From a virus: DNA of 64,000 bases. The notes beneath the pieces are model-generated. The model was not told the origin of the DNA. It saw only the letters and a program-made list of their open reading frames with translations, and did no database searches. Shown piece after piece: positions 18,518 through 27,882 of the stretch; positions within the stretch are counted from its first letter, which is position 1; every line of letters begins with the position of its first letter. The stretch spans positions 30,583-94,582 of IMG/VR virus record IMGVR_UViG_3300031576_000014; one strand, 5' to 3'. Made by a program: the position numbers and the translations under genes.

Positions 18518-19065
18518 GACCGCTCGCCGTACGTGTCGCCGATCGCCTTCAGGTACGCCTTCCACTTTCGGGGAATCTCTTCGTCGCGGAAGGCGCGCAG
18601 GTCGACCATCAGGCGCGCCATCGCCTGCGCGTGCGTCTCGCCCGGCCGGAGCGTCGTCGACCCCTCGAACGGGCCGACCTCGAAAGAATGGAACTGCTTC
18701 GGGCTGAAAAGTTCCTTCCCCCAGACCACGCGCACCACGTTCGCCGGATCGGGCGCGTCCGTCTTCGCATGGTGCTGCTTGTCCGACGCGCGGGAATCTT
18801 CGGGCCGAGATGCTGTTGCGTTGCCTTCGTGGCCGCACGGCCACGCCACCACGGAGCCTCTCGTGGTCGTGAGGCGCTGCCCGCAGCGCCCGCACTCCGG
18901 CTTCCCGTCCGCGCTCAAGACGGCCCCCGGCGGCAAGCTGTCGAACGCGTACGGCGGGTCCTTGCGATCCTCGAAGAGCGATCCGGTCCTGGCCTCGGCC
19001 GGGAGCGACCCGATGTTCGCCGTGTTCGTCTCCGCCGCGCCGCCGCTGTTCTTCTTCCTTCGCAT
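18514..19065 (-). CDS. hypothetical protein with zinc ribbon
   Basis: CGRCG...WPCGH; AAGGGA RBS. Confidence 0.6.
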   Translation of the reverse strand: MRRKKNSGGAAETNTANIGSLPAEARTGSLFEDRKDPPYAFDSLPPGAVLSADGKPECGRCGQRLTTTRGSVVAWPCGHEGNATASRPEDSRASDKQHHAKTDAPDPANVVRVVWGKELFSPKQFHSFEVGPFEGSTTLRPGETHAQAMARLMVDLRAFRDEEIPRKWKAYLKAIGDTYGERS

Positions 19066-19074
19066 GGTTCCCTT

Positions 19075-21153
19075 CTATGCCGCCGCCGCGCGCCTCTTGA
19101 TGTACTCCTTCGCGGGCGTCCATCCGCCGTCCTCGAAGACGACGACGCGGGGGAACCACGTCTTCAGGTTCTTCAGGTGCTTCGGGAAAACGTGCCTGTC
19201 CCAGAGATAGTAAAACCTCGCGCCTCCCTTGCCCGTCGACGTCCGGCAGAAGCGGCCGCGCACCTGCCGGAAGAGCTGGCGGTTCGCCCCGATCGGCGTC
19301 GCGCCGATTCCCGTCCCGATCTTCGGGACGTCGATGCCCGTGCCGAACGCCTGGTACGTAGCGGAACCGGCCTTGAGCGTGCCGGCCTTCAGCCCGGACT
19401 TCGTCCTCTCGAACTCGACGGCGAAGTCCGGGCCGCCGATCAGGTAGCCACAGGGCGTTCCCATCGCGGAGATCGCCTGCCCGAAAGTCATCACGTGCTC
19501 GCGGTACTGCGCGAGCACGACGACCTGCTCGCCCTCCGCGATCGCCTCCCTGGCGAGCCGGAGCACGAGCCGGTTCCGGTCGTCGTCGCCCATCATCTCG
19601 ACGAGCAGACGGTGCCTGTCGACCCCGCGGTCCTCCCCGCCACGTAAACCGCGGTTTACGTCGTCGAAGCCCCCGTTCTCCGCGTCCGGGAGCCCGTACC
19701 AGTCCGCGCGGAAGTCCGTCGGCACGACCCGGACCTCGACGTCGAGGATGTGCCCGCTCTCGACAAGCTCCTTCTCGTCGACCTTCGCGGCCGTCGGACC
19801 GAACAGCTCCTTGATCAGGAACTCCTTCCGGTCCTTGCGACGCACGTCCGCCGTCGCGCCGATCCTGTACCTGGCCGGCAGCGGGTCGATTGCATCGAAG
19901 AGCGTCTTGCTTGCGAAGAGATGGCAGTTGTGAACGAGCACGCCGCCCACGACGAAGACACCACCCTCCGTTTCTAGATTGCAGACCGACGCGATCTCCG
20001 CGATGAAGCTTCGATCGATCCGCGCTCGGCCACGTCGAAGTCGAACTCCCCCCGGAAGCGGAGCACCAGCCAGCCCTTCGATTCGAGGAAGCAGGTTTTT
20101 CGTTCGTCGGCCGCCCCGCGGCTCTGCGCGATCATCGCCGGCCGTCGGGACCTCCACCGCTGACCCGATGAAAGCGCTGGCGCCCACTTCGCGCGCATCG
20201 ACGGATCTTTCCAAAGCTCTTTGAACATGAAGAGGATCACACCAAAGAACGTCATCGCAGCGAACACTTGAGACGCCGACCCATCCTTCACCCTCGACCG
20301 CAACCGGATGTTCGTCCGTCGCTCGCCATCCGGCCAACCGGACAGCCACGACGGCACGGCGTCGAGAAACGACGAGCACCGAACCTCCCGCCGCGACGCG
20401 TTCGCCAGGCCGGACCTCGCCGATCGATTTGAGCGTTCCGTCTTCCATCAGAACAGGCGCTCTCTCTTCAAAACACTCGTCCGCGAAGACCGCCCCGAAG
20501 TAGCGCTGGACGCCTGCCTCGCCCGAGCACTTCGCAAGCGTCTTGCCCATCGCGAGCGTCACGGGCCGCAGTCGCTGCGTCTGCCCCTGCACGACGCCGA
20601 TCTGGTCCGCCCGCATGCCGAGCTGCTCGCCGAGCTGCTCCCGCCACTGCCGGAGCAAGGCCGACGCATGCACGACGATGAGCACCGGGCACCGCACGCG
20701 CGGGATGAGCGAGATCAATGCGCACGTTTTTCCGCTGCCTTGCGGAGCTTCGATCAGGCAGCTCTCGCGCCCGAACGCGAGGTCGGCGAGCCGCGCCTGG
20801 TACGGGTAAAGCTCCCAGGCGTACTCCCCCGGCATGTTCGACTCCGCCGCGTCGACGAACCCTGTGTTCCTCTGGTCGCGGACCGTCCAGTCGATCTGAT
20901 GCTCGTCGAGCACCTCCCGCACCTTCGCGATCCCTCCGCGCGGGACGGAGAGGAATCGGTTCTTCCCGTCCTTCTCCTTCCGCCAGGTCACGATCGTTCT
21001 CGGCTCGTCCCAAACCGGGAGCCCGAGCCGGCGCTTCATCGCGTGCTGCGGGTTCTTGTGCTCGAAACGCTCCCGGAGCGCTGCCTGCGCGTTCTCCGGC
21101 ACGTCGTCGACGCAGAGCCGCGTCCGCGAGTCGACGACGATCAGGGCTGCCAC
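19075..21153 (-). CDS. superfamily 2 (UvsW/ResIII-like) helicase, intein-containing
   Basis: LYPYQ, APQGSGKT, DE|intein|CH (DECH after splicing), GATA, GTGIDVP, QVRGRFCR. Confidence 0.9.
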   Translation of the reverse strand: MAALIVVDSRTRLCVDDVPENAQAALRERFEHKNPQHAMKRRLGLPVWDEPRTIVTWRKEKDGKNRFLSVPRGGIAKVREVLDEHQIDWTVRDQRNTGFVDAAESNMPGEYAWELYPYQARLADLAFGRESCLIEAPQGSGKTCALISLIPRVRCPVLIVVHASALLRQWREQLGEQLGMRADQIGVVQGQTQRLRPVTLAMGKTLAKCSGEAGVQRYFGAVFADECFEERAPVLMEDGTLKSIGEVRPGERVAAGGSVLVVSRRRAVVAVRLAGWRATDEHPVAVEGEGWVGVSSVRCDDVLWCDPLHVQRALERSVDAREVGASAFIGSAVEVPTAGDDRAEPRGGRRTKNLLPRIEGLAGAPLPGGVRLRRGRARIDRSFIAEIASVCNLETEGGVFVVGGVLVHNCHLFASKTLFDAIDPLPARYRIGATADVRRKDRKEFLIKELFGPTAAKVDEKELVESGHILDVEVRVVPTDFRADWYGLPDAENGGFDDVNRGLRGGEDRGVDRHRLLVEMMGDDDRNRLVLRLAREAIAEGEQVVVLAQYREHVMTFGQAISAMGTPCGYLIGGPDFAVEFERTKSGLKAGTLKAGSATYQAFGTGIDVPKIGTGIGATPIGANRQLFRQVRGRFCRTSTGKGGARFYYLWDRHVFPKHLKNLKTWFPRVVVFEDGGWTPAKEYIKRRAAAA
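19642..19661. repeat. 20-bp palindrome, copy 3 (inside the helicase CDS)
   Basis: Exact copy; encodes part of DVNRGLR. Confidence 0.95.
19927..20475 (-). mobile_element. intein (183 aa) in the helicase DECH motif
   Basis: Starts CFEERAPV (block A); ATDEHPV (block B), VCNLETEG (block F), ends VLVHN followed by Cys+1. Confidence 0.92.
19974..20228 (-). pseudogene. overprinted (+1 frame) remnant of a DUF559/Vsr-like endonuclease inside the intein
   Basis: MFKELWKDPSMRAKW...ADERKTCFLESKGWLVLRF; the C-terminal DUF559-like motif is present but the catalytic core is missing. Confidence 0.55.
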
Positions 21154-21343
21154 GCTCTCCTCTTTGCCGCCCGCTTCTTAGGTTCTTCTCCCCGCTACGT
21201 GCGCGCGTCCCCGCGCCCGCGTGTTCCGTAGGAACACGCAAGGATCTCTTTCTGATCGAGATCGATCGTCTCTAAATAATACACAGCTAAGCATAGTGGC
21301 GCGCGCGCACGCGCGCGTCCGTGATCCCGGGCTCGAAGTCCAG

Positions 21344-21724
21344 CTAGTTCTTCGGCGTGGGCGGAACAGCCTCTTTCTCCAGGTCCTTCTGCTCGGAGAC
21401 GAGCGCGAGAAGGGCAAGAAAGCGGGGGGGGTTTCCACCGAGCGCGGCCTTGATGACGACGGCGTAGAGGCCCATCGCGAAGAGCGCCGCCTCGAAGCCG
21501 TCGCGCAGCGCTTCCGGCCACGGCTCGCCCCCGGAGACCGCGACGAGCGCGCCGTACGCGAGCCCGAGAAGGACGACGGCGAACGGTCTCCAGCGCTCCG
21601 GCACCGTGAGCGGGAAGCGGCTGTCCTTCTTGAGCATGCGCGCGAGCCAACCGATGACGACGACGGCGAGCGCGAGATAGTTGTGCGACTTCGCGAGGGT
21701 CCAGACCTGGAGAAAGAGCGACAT
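21344..21724 (-). CDS. holin-like membrane protein
   Basis: 3-4 hydrophobic segments and a charged C-terminus. Confidence 0.6.
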   Translation of the reverse strand: MSLFLQVWTLAKSHNYLALAVVVIGWLARMLKKDSRFPLTVPERWRPFAVVLLGLAYGALVAVSGGEPWPEALRDGFEAALFAMGLYAVVIKAALGGNPPRFLALLALVSEQKDLEKEAVPPTPKN

Positions 21725-21741
21725 CCCCGGATGATACGCCG

Positions 21742-22224
21742 TCAATGCTGGGAAACGAGGGCCGTGACGACGACGCCCGCGAGCGTCGCGAAGATCCCGA
21801 GAAGAGCCGCGATGGCGGTGATCCGCTTCACGCGCGCGTCCGAGAGGACGGCGACCTCGTTCTGGCGGACCTTCTCCTCCTCGATCGTGAGCCGCCTGTC
21901 CTTGCGGTCCGTCTCCTCGCGGGCTGCGCGGCCGCGAAGCTCGCCCCGCGCCTCCGCGACCTCGACGAGCAGCCTCGTCTGGTTCTCGTTCTGCGCGTGT
22001 ATCTGGTCGACCTTCCCGGCGATCTCCGCGACCTTCGCCCCGAGCGGCCTGACGGCCTCGTCGACGTGGCGCGCGGCCGAGTCGGTCATGGCGCGCACCT
22101 CGTGCGCCGTCTCGATCCCTGCCGTGCGCAGCTCGGCGCGGAGGTCCCCGATCGCCTGCCTGAGGCCGGCGATCTGCCGTTCGTGCTCGCGCAGACGCTT
22201 CTCGTGTTCGTCGATCGTCGCCAT
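21742..22224 (-). CDS. coiled-coil protein with C-terminal transmembrane helix (lysis-associated?)
   Basis: Heptad-rich body; ITAIAALLGIFATLAGVVVTALV terminus; next to the holin-like gene. Confidence 0.6.
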   Translation of the reverse strand: MATIDEHEKRLREHERQIAGLRQAIGDLRAELRTAGIETAHEVRAMTDSAARHVDEAVRPLGAKVAEIAGKVDQIHAQNENQTRLLVEVAEARGELRGRAAREETDRKDRRLTIEEEKVRQNEVAVLSDARVKRITAIAALLGIFATLAGVVVTALVSQH

Positions 22225-22242
22225 CGGCGCATCAACGCGATC

Positions 22243-23871
22243 CTACATCCTCCAGCCGAGGACGCGCACGAAAGCGGACGCGGCCGCCGTCACGAAGCCC
22301 GCGTTCGAGGAGAGGATCGTCACGCGGATGTTCCCCGGCGACGTCGACGGGTAGAGCGTGTTGATCGGGACCCAGCGCAGGAGCCTGTGCGAGCCCGCGC
22401 CGACGGGCTCGTTCGCTTGCCCCTCGCTCTCGAGGAGCGCCGCGATCTGTGTGCCGACCCCGCCGTTCCCGAACAGCCTGATCTCGTGCAGGTAGTTTCC
22501 TCCCCCAGCCGCGACCGTGATCGAGTTGCGCATCTCGAGATAGACCGCGCGCGCGTTTGCCGGGTAGTGGACGTTCGCCGTCAGGTCGAAGATCCAGGTC
22601 ACGCTGCCGGCCGCCACGACGTTCGACGTTGCCGCCGCCTCGATCGGCTGCACCGTGGTGGCGATGTTCACGAGGATCGCTCCTGTTTCGTCGGAGAAGT
22701 AGCCGACGAGGAGCGGTCCGATGTCGACCCAGCCGGCGCCGACGCAGACGCCGTTCGCCGTCGTGCCCGCGAGGCCGGTCGAGGTCGGCAGGGCGATCGC
22801 CGCGGTCGGCTGCCCGTCCTCCTTCGGCCCGACGGACGAAACAACAGGGATGCCCCTGGGCGAGCGCGGCTTCCGGACGCCTGCCGCCGCCGTCGTGTAA
22901 CGGGCCCAGCGCGGGAGCCCGAAGGGCGTCAGGAGGTACCAGTACCAGGGTCGGCCAACGACGGGGGCGAACCCGGACTCCTGGTTGAGCACGTCCGTCG
23001 CCGTCATGAAGTCCCCGTCCGGAACCGCCTGGCGCGTCCCGGAACGAACGCGCCCGCCGAGCCGCCGCCCGTCGATCGATTCTGCCTCGACGAGCCCCAA
23101 GACCGGCGTCGCTCCGAGCGCGGTGATCGCCTGGACGACCTGCTTTCTCTGGAGAGTGCGGTTCTGCGTCAGGTCGAACGGGGCGCGCACGCGGTCCGAG
23201 AGGAGCGGCCGCACGTCCCAGAACATCATGTCGTCGCACGACGCGGACGCGACCGGGTTGCGGACCACGGCGAGAGGGAGCCACCCCGCCGCCGTGCCCG
23301 GGAACCCGCCTCCCGGCGCGCCGGCGCGCATGCGGAGCGTTCCCGGGACGGCGTTCGCCACGCGGGCGCGGAGGGCCTTCGTCAGGGGCGTCGCGGAGAA
23401 GAGGCCAGTCGTCGGGTTGAAGACGTCGCGGTTGTCCGTCTCCGCGATCTCTTCGACGACCTGGCACTCGACGACGTCGATCCGGTCGCCCGGCCCGGGG
23501 TTCGTCGTCTCGAGCAGCGTCCCCAGCGCGGTGATCCCCGCGTCCCTGACGTACTTGTAGTTCGACGCGTCCGCCGCGAGGTCCGGCGCGATCGCGAGGA
23601 GGACGCCCGGGTCGACGAGCAGGCTGAACGACGCAAGCTGCGGCCGAACAAGGAGCCCGTTGATGATCTCCGCGCGGAGCGGGTTGCCGAGCCCGGAGAA
23701 CTCCGTGACGACCGCCCCCGCGTCGAGGTCGTCGTTCGCCTGGACGTCGAGCATGTAGCGGAGAAGCTCCGCCTGATCGTTGCCGGCGAAGGCTTGCAGC
23801 CGGTTGATGTCCGTGGAGACCGCCCGCTCCTGCGTGTTGATGACCACACTTTTCCACCCACCACCGGGCAT
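22243..23871 (-). CDS. tail/baseplate-associated structural protein
   Basis: Last gene of the baseplate block; beta-rich, G/T/A-rich. Confidence 0.6.
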   Translation of the reverse strand: MPGGGWKSVVINTQERAVSTDINRLQAFAGNDQAELLRYMLDVQANDDLDAGAVVTEFSGLGNPLRAEIINGLLVRPQLASFSLLVDPGVLLAIAPDLAADASNYKYVRDAGITALGTLLETTNPGPGDRIDVVECQVVEEIAETDNRDVFNPTTGLFSATPLTKALRARVANAVPGTLRMRAGAPGGGFPGTAAGWLPLAVVRNPVASASCDDMMFWDVRPLLSDRVRAPFDLTQNRTLQRKQVVQAITALGATPVLGLVEAESIDGRRLGGRVRSGTRQAVPDGDFMTATDVLNQESGFAPVVGRPWYWYLLTPFGLPRWARYTTAAAGVRKPRSPRGIPVVSSVGPKEDGQPTAAIALPTSTGLAGTTANGVCVGAGWVDIGPLLVGYFSDETGAILVNIATTVQPIEAAATSNVVAAGSVTWIFDLTANVHYPANARAVYLEMRNSITVAAGGGNYLHEIRLFGNGGVGTQIAALLESEGQANEPVGAGSHRLLRWVPINTLYPSTSPGNIRVTILSSNAGFVTAAASAFVRVLGWRM

Positions 23872-23922
23872 GCCGTGTCTCCTGTCTCCGGGGATGTTAC
23901 TCGGACTCGGTCGCGCTCACAC

Positions 23923-26547
23923 CTAGAGGTTGAACCTCGTCGCGAGGTACTGCTCGACGAGCATCCGGTCCGAGTCGAGGAGCGCCTTGCTGTAGACGAT
24001 CATCGCCGCGAGTTCGTGGTCGAGGATGTTCAGTCCGACACCCTCGCCCCCGAGGAAGAAGTCGGCCGTGATCGTTGCGGTGCCTGGCACGGCCGTCGTG
24101 TTGTCCGTGAGGACCTGCGCGGCACCGTCGAGCCACGACGCCTGCGTCGCGTGCGAACCGTCGAAGCGGTACGTCCAAACGTGCCCGTTCGTGTCCGGGA
24201 TCGTGGCGCCCCCGTTCGCCGCCCAGGATGAGTCGCCTCCCGGGGGCGCGCCCGACGTTCGCGCCTCCTGGAACGAGGCGAAGCCCCCGTGCCGGGCGAA
24301 GCTGTAGTCGGCGACGCCCTGCACCTGTGAAAAGATCCGGCCGGCGACGCCAGACCGCTTGAGCACGACGAAGACCGTGCGCGGGCCGATCGCACCACCC
24401 GCCGCCGCCGTGATGCGCAGGACCGCGGACCCCGCGGCCAGGATCGTGATCGTCGGTTGCCCGCCCGCCCACGCCTGCACCGGGTTCAGGACGGGCTGTG
24501 AGCCGCCCCCCGGCACCGTCGCGTGCCGGAGGTTCCCGCTCTTGTCGTTGACCTGCGAGACGTCCGGCGAGAGGACGACGCTGTCCATCTCGAACCACGC
24601 CCAGAGGCCGGCGAGCTTCGCCGGCGTGAACGTCAGCTCGTCGTCGATGAACAGGCTGTAGCCGACCCCTCCCGCCTTCGCAGCGTCGAGCGACGCCGCG
24701 ACCCTTTTGTAGAGCGTCGCTGCCGCCTGCGGGAACCCGTCGAAGAACGCGCTGAACGGCGACGCGTCGTACGCGCCGAGCGAGTAGCCGGGCGATCCCG
24801 CGGGCAGCCCTGCGTAGAAGAAGCCGAACTCGCCCGCGTCGCTGCGCGGGACGCCGACGAAGAAGAACGCGCGGAACTGCTCGTAGTCGAGCCAGACGTG
24901 GAAGCGCCGCGCCGCGAAGGACGGGCTGGGCGTGACCGACGTGATCCCGTCGAAGAACGCGCCCGTGTGCAGGCCGAGGATCTTCAGGCCGAGCGGAAGC
25001 GTGGAAGGGAACGTGCCCGCGCGCCTGATGAACGTCAGCGTCGTCGGGCCCGCACCGTCCTGCCTGCCGACCCAGCCGAGGGCGTAGAGGTTGTTCGCCG
25101 CGTCGATCACCTGCGCGGCCTCCTGGAAGGCGAACGCGCTCGGGCCGAAGGCGTGGACGACCGCGAACGTGTCGAAGTCGTAGGCGTCGTTGGCGCCTCC
25201 TCCGGGGACGAAGTGAGGGGGGCTCACGTCGCCGTCGAAGTAGAAGCCCGGGAAGTCGAGCGAGCCGACCTCGCGGAAGCTCCAGGGGAGCGTGCCGAGC
25301 GCGCGGTTCAGGGCTCTCCGTATCGCGTTCGGCGAGACCACGTCGGCGATCTGCGCGACCCGCTTCCTGTAGGAGTCGTCCGTCTCGCCAGAAGACCGGT
25401 CGATCGCCCTCTCCGCCCCTGCTTCGTCGAGCATCGGCGACTTCCCCCCGGCAGGGCTCGCCGCGTTCGTGCAAGAGAGGTCCCAGTCGTCGACCCAGTC
25501 GAGGATCCTCCAGGTCGCCGCGGCGACCTCGCTCGAGAAGGTCTCCGAGAAAGAGACGCGGGAGACCGTCAGGGTCGCGCCGCTCGCGGCCCCCGTGACC
25601 GTGTTGCCGACCCCGAACGGGGGCGCGAGGCTCCCGTCGAGGAAGATGAACGTCAACTTCTTCGTCCCGGCCGCCGTGCGCGTGCCGAGCGCCGTCCCCT
25701 CGACGATGGTGGTCGGCCCGTTCTTGACGATCACCTTCTCCCCGACCGCGAACGCGCCCGCGAAGACCGTCGCCTCGACGGAGACGTCGGGCTCGAGGAG
25801 AACGGCGCTGCCGACCGGGGGCAGGCCAGAGGGCTGCGGCGCGAAGAACGCGTCGACGCGGCCGACCTTGCCCGCGTTCGCCCCCGCCGTGAAGAGCAAC
25901 GCCTGCCCAACGTGCTCCGGGATGAACATGTCCGTCTTGTTCGGTGCCGTGACCTTGATCTGCGCGGCAGGCACAGACCCGAGCGGCGCCGGGTAGGTCG
26001 CAACGACGGTCGCCGTGTCGTTCGTGAAGTTCGCGCCCGGCTTCTCGACCTCGACGATCGTCCCCGGCATCGGGTTGTCGTACCCGCGCCCCGGCCTGGC
26101 CGCCTCGCCCGGAACGGTGAACGGCCCCGCATCCCCCGGGTGAAAGACGAGGTCCTCCTTGAGCACGTAGCGCCGCCCCGTGACGACCCGCTCGCCTCCC
26201 TGCGGGCCCCAGTCCGTCTGCACCTCGTCGGCGAAGACCTGGCCCGCCCGGAGCCTTAGGGGGCGCTCCAGGAGCTTCGAACGCGCGATCGAGAGGACGA
26301 CCTGGCTCTTCGCCTCGCCCGCCGCCGGCGCCGCCGTCTGACCGCTCCACGGCTGGACGTACAGCTCCTGCGTCGTCTCGTCGATCGCGCGCGAGACGCG
26401 CGCGAAGGTCGCCCACATCTGCCCGTGGGCCTCGAGCCCTTCCCCGTCGCCGGCCGCGAGGAAAGGGTCGCGGTAAGACGGGTCGAGCGCGGCCGACCAG
26501 ATCGCCTGGAAATCCTCCGCCGTCAGGGGCCCGGTCTTCAGCGGCAT
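23923..26547 (-). CDS. baseplate wedge protein with C-terminal LamG/concanavalin-like domain
   Basis: Follows baseplate J; ETDDSYRKRV motif; C-terminus LWAWFEMD..VSQVNDKSGN...IVYSKAL..VEQYL; GGAGGA RBS before MPLKTG. Confidence 0.65.
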   Translation of the reverse strand: MPLKTGPLTAEDFQAIWSAALDPSYRDPFLAAGDGEGLEAHGQMWATFARVSRAIDETTQELYVQPWSGQTAAPAAGEAKSQVVLSIARSKLLERPLRLRAGQVFADEVQTDWGPQGGERVVTGRRYVLKEDLVFHPGDAGPFTVPGEAARPGRGYDNPMPGTIVEVEKPGANFTNDTATVVATYPAPLGSVPAAQIKVTAPNKTDMFIPEHVGQALLFTAGANAGKVGRVDAFFAPQPSGLPPVGSAVLLEPDVSVEATVFAGAFAVGEKVIVKNGPTTIVEGTALGTRTAAGTKKLTFIFLDGSLAPPFGVGNTVTGAASGATLTVSRVSFSETFSSEVAAATWRILDWVDDWDLSCTNAASPAGGKSPMLDEAGAERAIDRSSGETDDSYRKRVAQIADVVSPNAIRRALNRALGTLPWSFREVGSLDFPGFYFDGDVSPPHFVPGGGANDAYDFDTFAVVHAFGPSAFAFQEAAQVIDAANNLYALGWVGRQDGAGPTTLTFIRRAGTFPSTLPLGLKILGLHTGAFFDGITSVTPSPSFAARRFHVWLDYEQFRAFFFVGVPRSDAGEFGFFYAGLPAGSPGYSLGAYDASPFSAFFDGFPQAAATLYKRVAASLDAAKAGGVGYSLFIDDELTFTPAKLAGLWAWFEMDSVVLSPDVSQVNDKSGNLRHATVPGGGSQPVLNPVQAWAGGQPTITILAAGSAVLRITAAAGGAIGPRTVFVVLKRSGVAGRIFSQVQGVADYSFARHGGFASFQEARTSGAPPGGDSSWAANGGATIPDTNGHVWTYRFDGSHATQASWLDGAAQVLTDNTTAVPGTATITADFFLGGEGVGLNILDHELAAMIVYSKALLDSDRMLVEQYLATRFNL

Positions 26548-26563
26548 GGCGATCCTCCTCCCC

Positions 26564-26583
26564 ACGTAAACCGCGGTTTACGT
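26564..26583. repeat. 20-bp palindrome, copy 4 (extends to 28 bp, 26560-26587)
   Basis: Exact copy, adjacent to the RBS of the wedge gene. Confidence 0.95.
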
Positions 26584-26704
26584 GGGGGAGCCGTGCCGCT
26601 GGCCCCGGGATCCTGCCGGAACAGGACGAAGACCGTGCAGCCGCCTACCGCGTACTCGGCAACCAGCTGGCCGCCCACGTCGCGCACGCGCACCGCCGCG
26701 AGCA

Positions 26705-27829
26705 TCAGGACACCGTTTGCACGAGTTCGGGCAGCGTGCGGAGCGTCTGCCCGACGTCGGGCACGAGGTCGCCCGTCGGCGCGACGATCGTGCCCTCCGG
26801 CGTCAAGAGCCCGTCTTCCGAGAAGCGGCGCAGCACAGCGCCGAGGTCGAGGCGGTTCAGGCGTCCGTTGACGGGCAGCGAGTTGACGAACGCGACGATC
26901 GCCGCGCGGACCTGGTCGGTCAGCGACGCCGTGTCGACGTTCGCGCGGAAGGTCAACTTCAGCGTGATCGTCACGAGCAACGGCAGGCTGGTGAAGATGA
27001 TGACCGCGATCCCGGCCGCCCTGAAGTCGTCGAGCGCCGTCTGCACCCTCTGCGCGAGCGCGCGGGAGGCGAGACCGGACGAATCCGCGACGTAGAGCTG
27101 CACGACGCGCGCGGGCAGCCCGCCCGCGATCGGCGTGACGACCTCGATCGCGCGCGCGGAGACGATGCCCGGCACCGTGGTGGCGCCGAACTCGATCGCC
27201 CCGAGCACGCCCCTCCTCGCCGTCCGCCAGAAGTCGCGGACGCGGGCCTTGAACACGTCGTCGTTCTCCGCGTCCTCGCCGCCCGCCGCGGGCTCCTCGT
27301 CGTTCGTGCACTGGAGCGTCTTGTCGAAGAGCGCGCCCGGGTCAGCGAAGCGCTTGATCGCCCCGAGCCCGACCTGCGTCGCCTTCCCGGCCTGCACCGC
27401 GCGCACGTCCGCCCGCGACGTCTTGTCGCCGGCACCGAAGTTCGCCGTCGTGATCGTGACGTACTCGACCCCCGTGTCCGTGACCGTCCGCGTGCCTACC
27501 GGGACAGAGCCGGCGCCGGCGGCCGTCGTCGCACGCGTGACCGAGACGGTTGTCAGGGCGGCGCTCGCGCCTTTGCGCGTGAGCGTGTAGCGGTCGTACG
27601 CGAAGCGGTCGAGGTCGTCGCCCTCGCTCCCGTCGAGCAGGTGCGCCGCCGTGCGGAAACCGAGCTGCTTGATGCACGCGTCCGCCATGACGGACGCGAC
27701 CCCGACGATGATGTTTGCGTCTGAGCCCTCGACGTCGACCATCGCCGGGTCGATCTTGGTCGACCGCTGGACCACGTAGTCCCTGCCTATCGCGTAAAGA
27801 TCAAGCCTCGATGGCAGATCCGGGGGCAT
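26705..27829 (-). CDS. baseplate J-like protein
   Basis: GDDLDRFA..TLTRKGASAA, GGEDAENDDVFKARV, FVNSLPVNG. Confidence 0.85.
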   Translation of the reverse strand: MPPDLPSRLDLYAIGRDYVVQRSTKIDPAMVDVEGSDANIIVGVASVMADACIKQLGFRTAAHLLDGSEGDDLDRFAYDRYTLTRKGASAALTTVSVTRATTAAGAGSVPVGTRTVTDTGVEYVTITTANFGAGDKTSRADVRAVQAGKATQVGLGAIKRFADPGALFDKTLQCTNDEEPAAGGEDAENDDVFKARVRDFWRTARRGVLGAIEFGATTVPGIVSARAIEVVTPIAGGLPARVVQLYVADSSGLASRALAQRVQTALDDFRAAGIAVIIFTSLPLLVTITLKLTFRANVDTASLTDQVRAAIVAFVNSLPVNGRLNRLDLGAVLRRFSEDGLLTPEGTIVAPTGDLVPDVGQTLRTLPELVQTVS

Positions 27830-27836
27830 GCCGTCG

Positions 27837-27865
27837 ATGTTCGCGCGACGACCACGCGCGCACAA
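27837..27865 (-). promoter_or_regulatory. sigma70-like promoter TTGTGC-17-GAACAT, probably leaderless
   Basis: The -10 box lies 7 nt before the baseplate J ATG. Confidence 0.5.
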
Positions 27866-27882
27866 GCGGCAAGCAAAGACGC

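Noticed and set aside
26538-26705. 55-aa ORF spanning palindrome 4
   Set aside because: It is coupled to the baseplate J stop but has no recognisable features and overlaps the next RBS, so support is insufficient.
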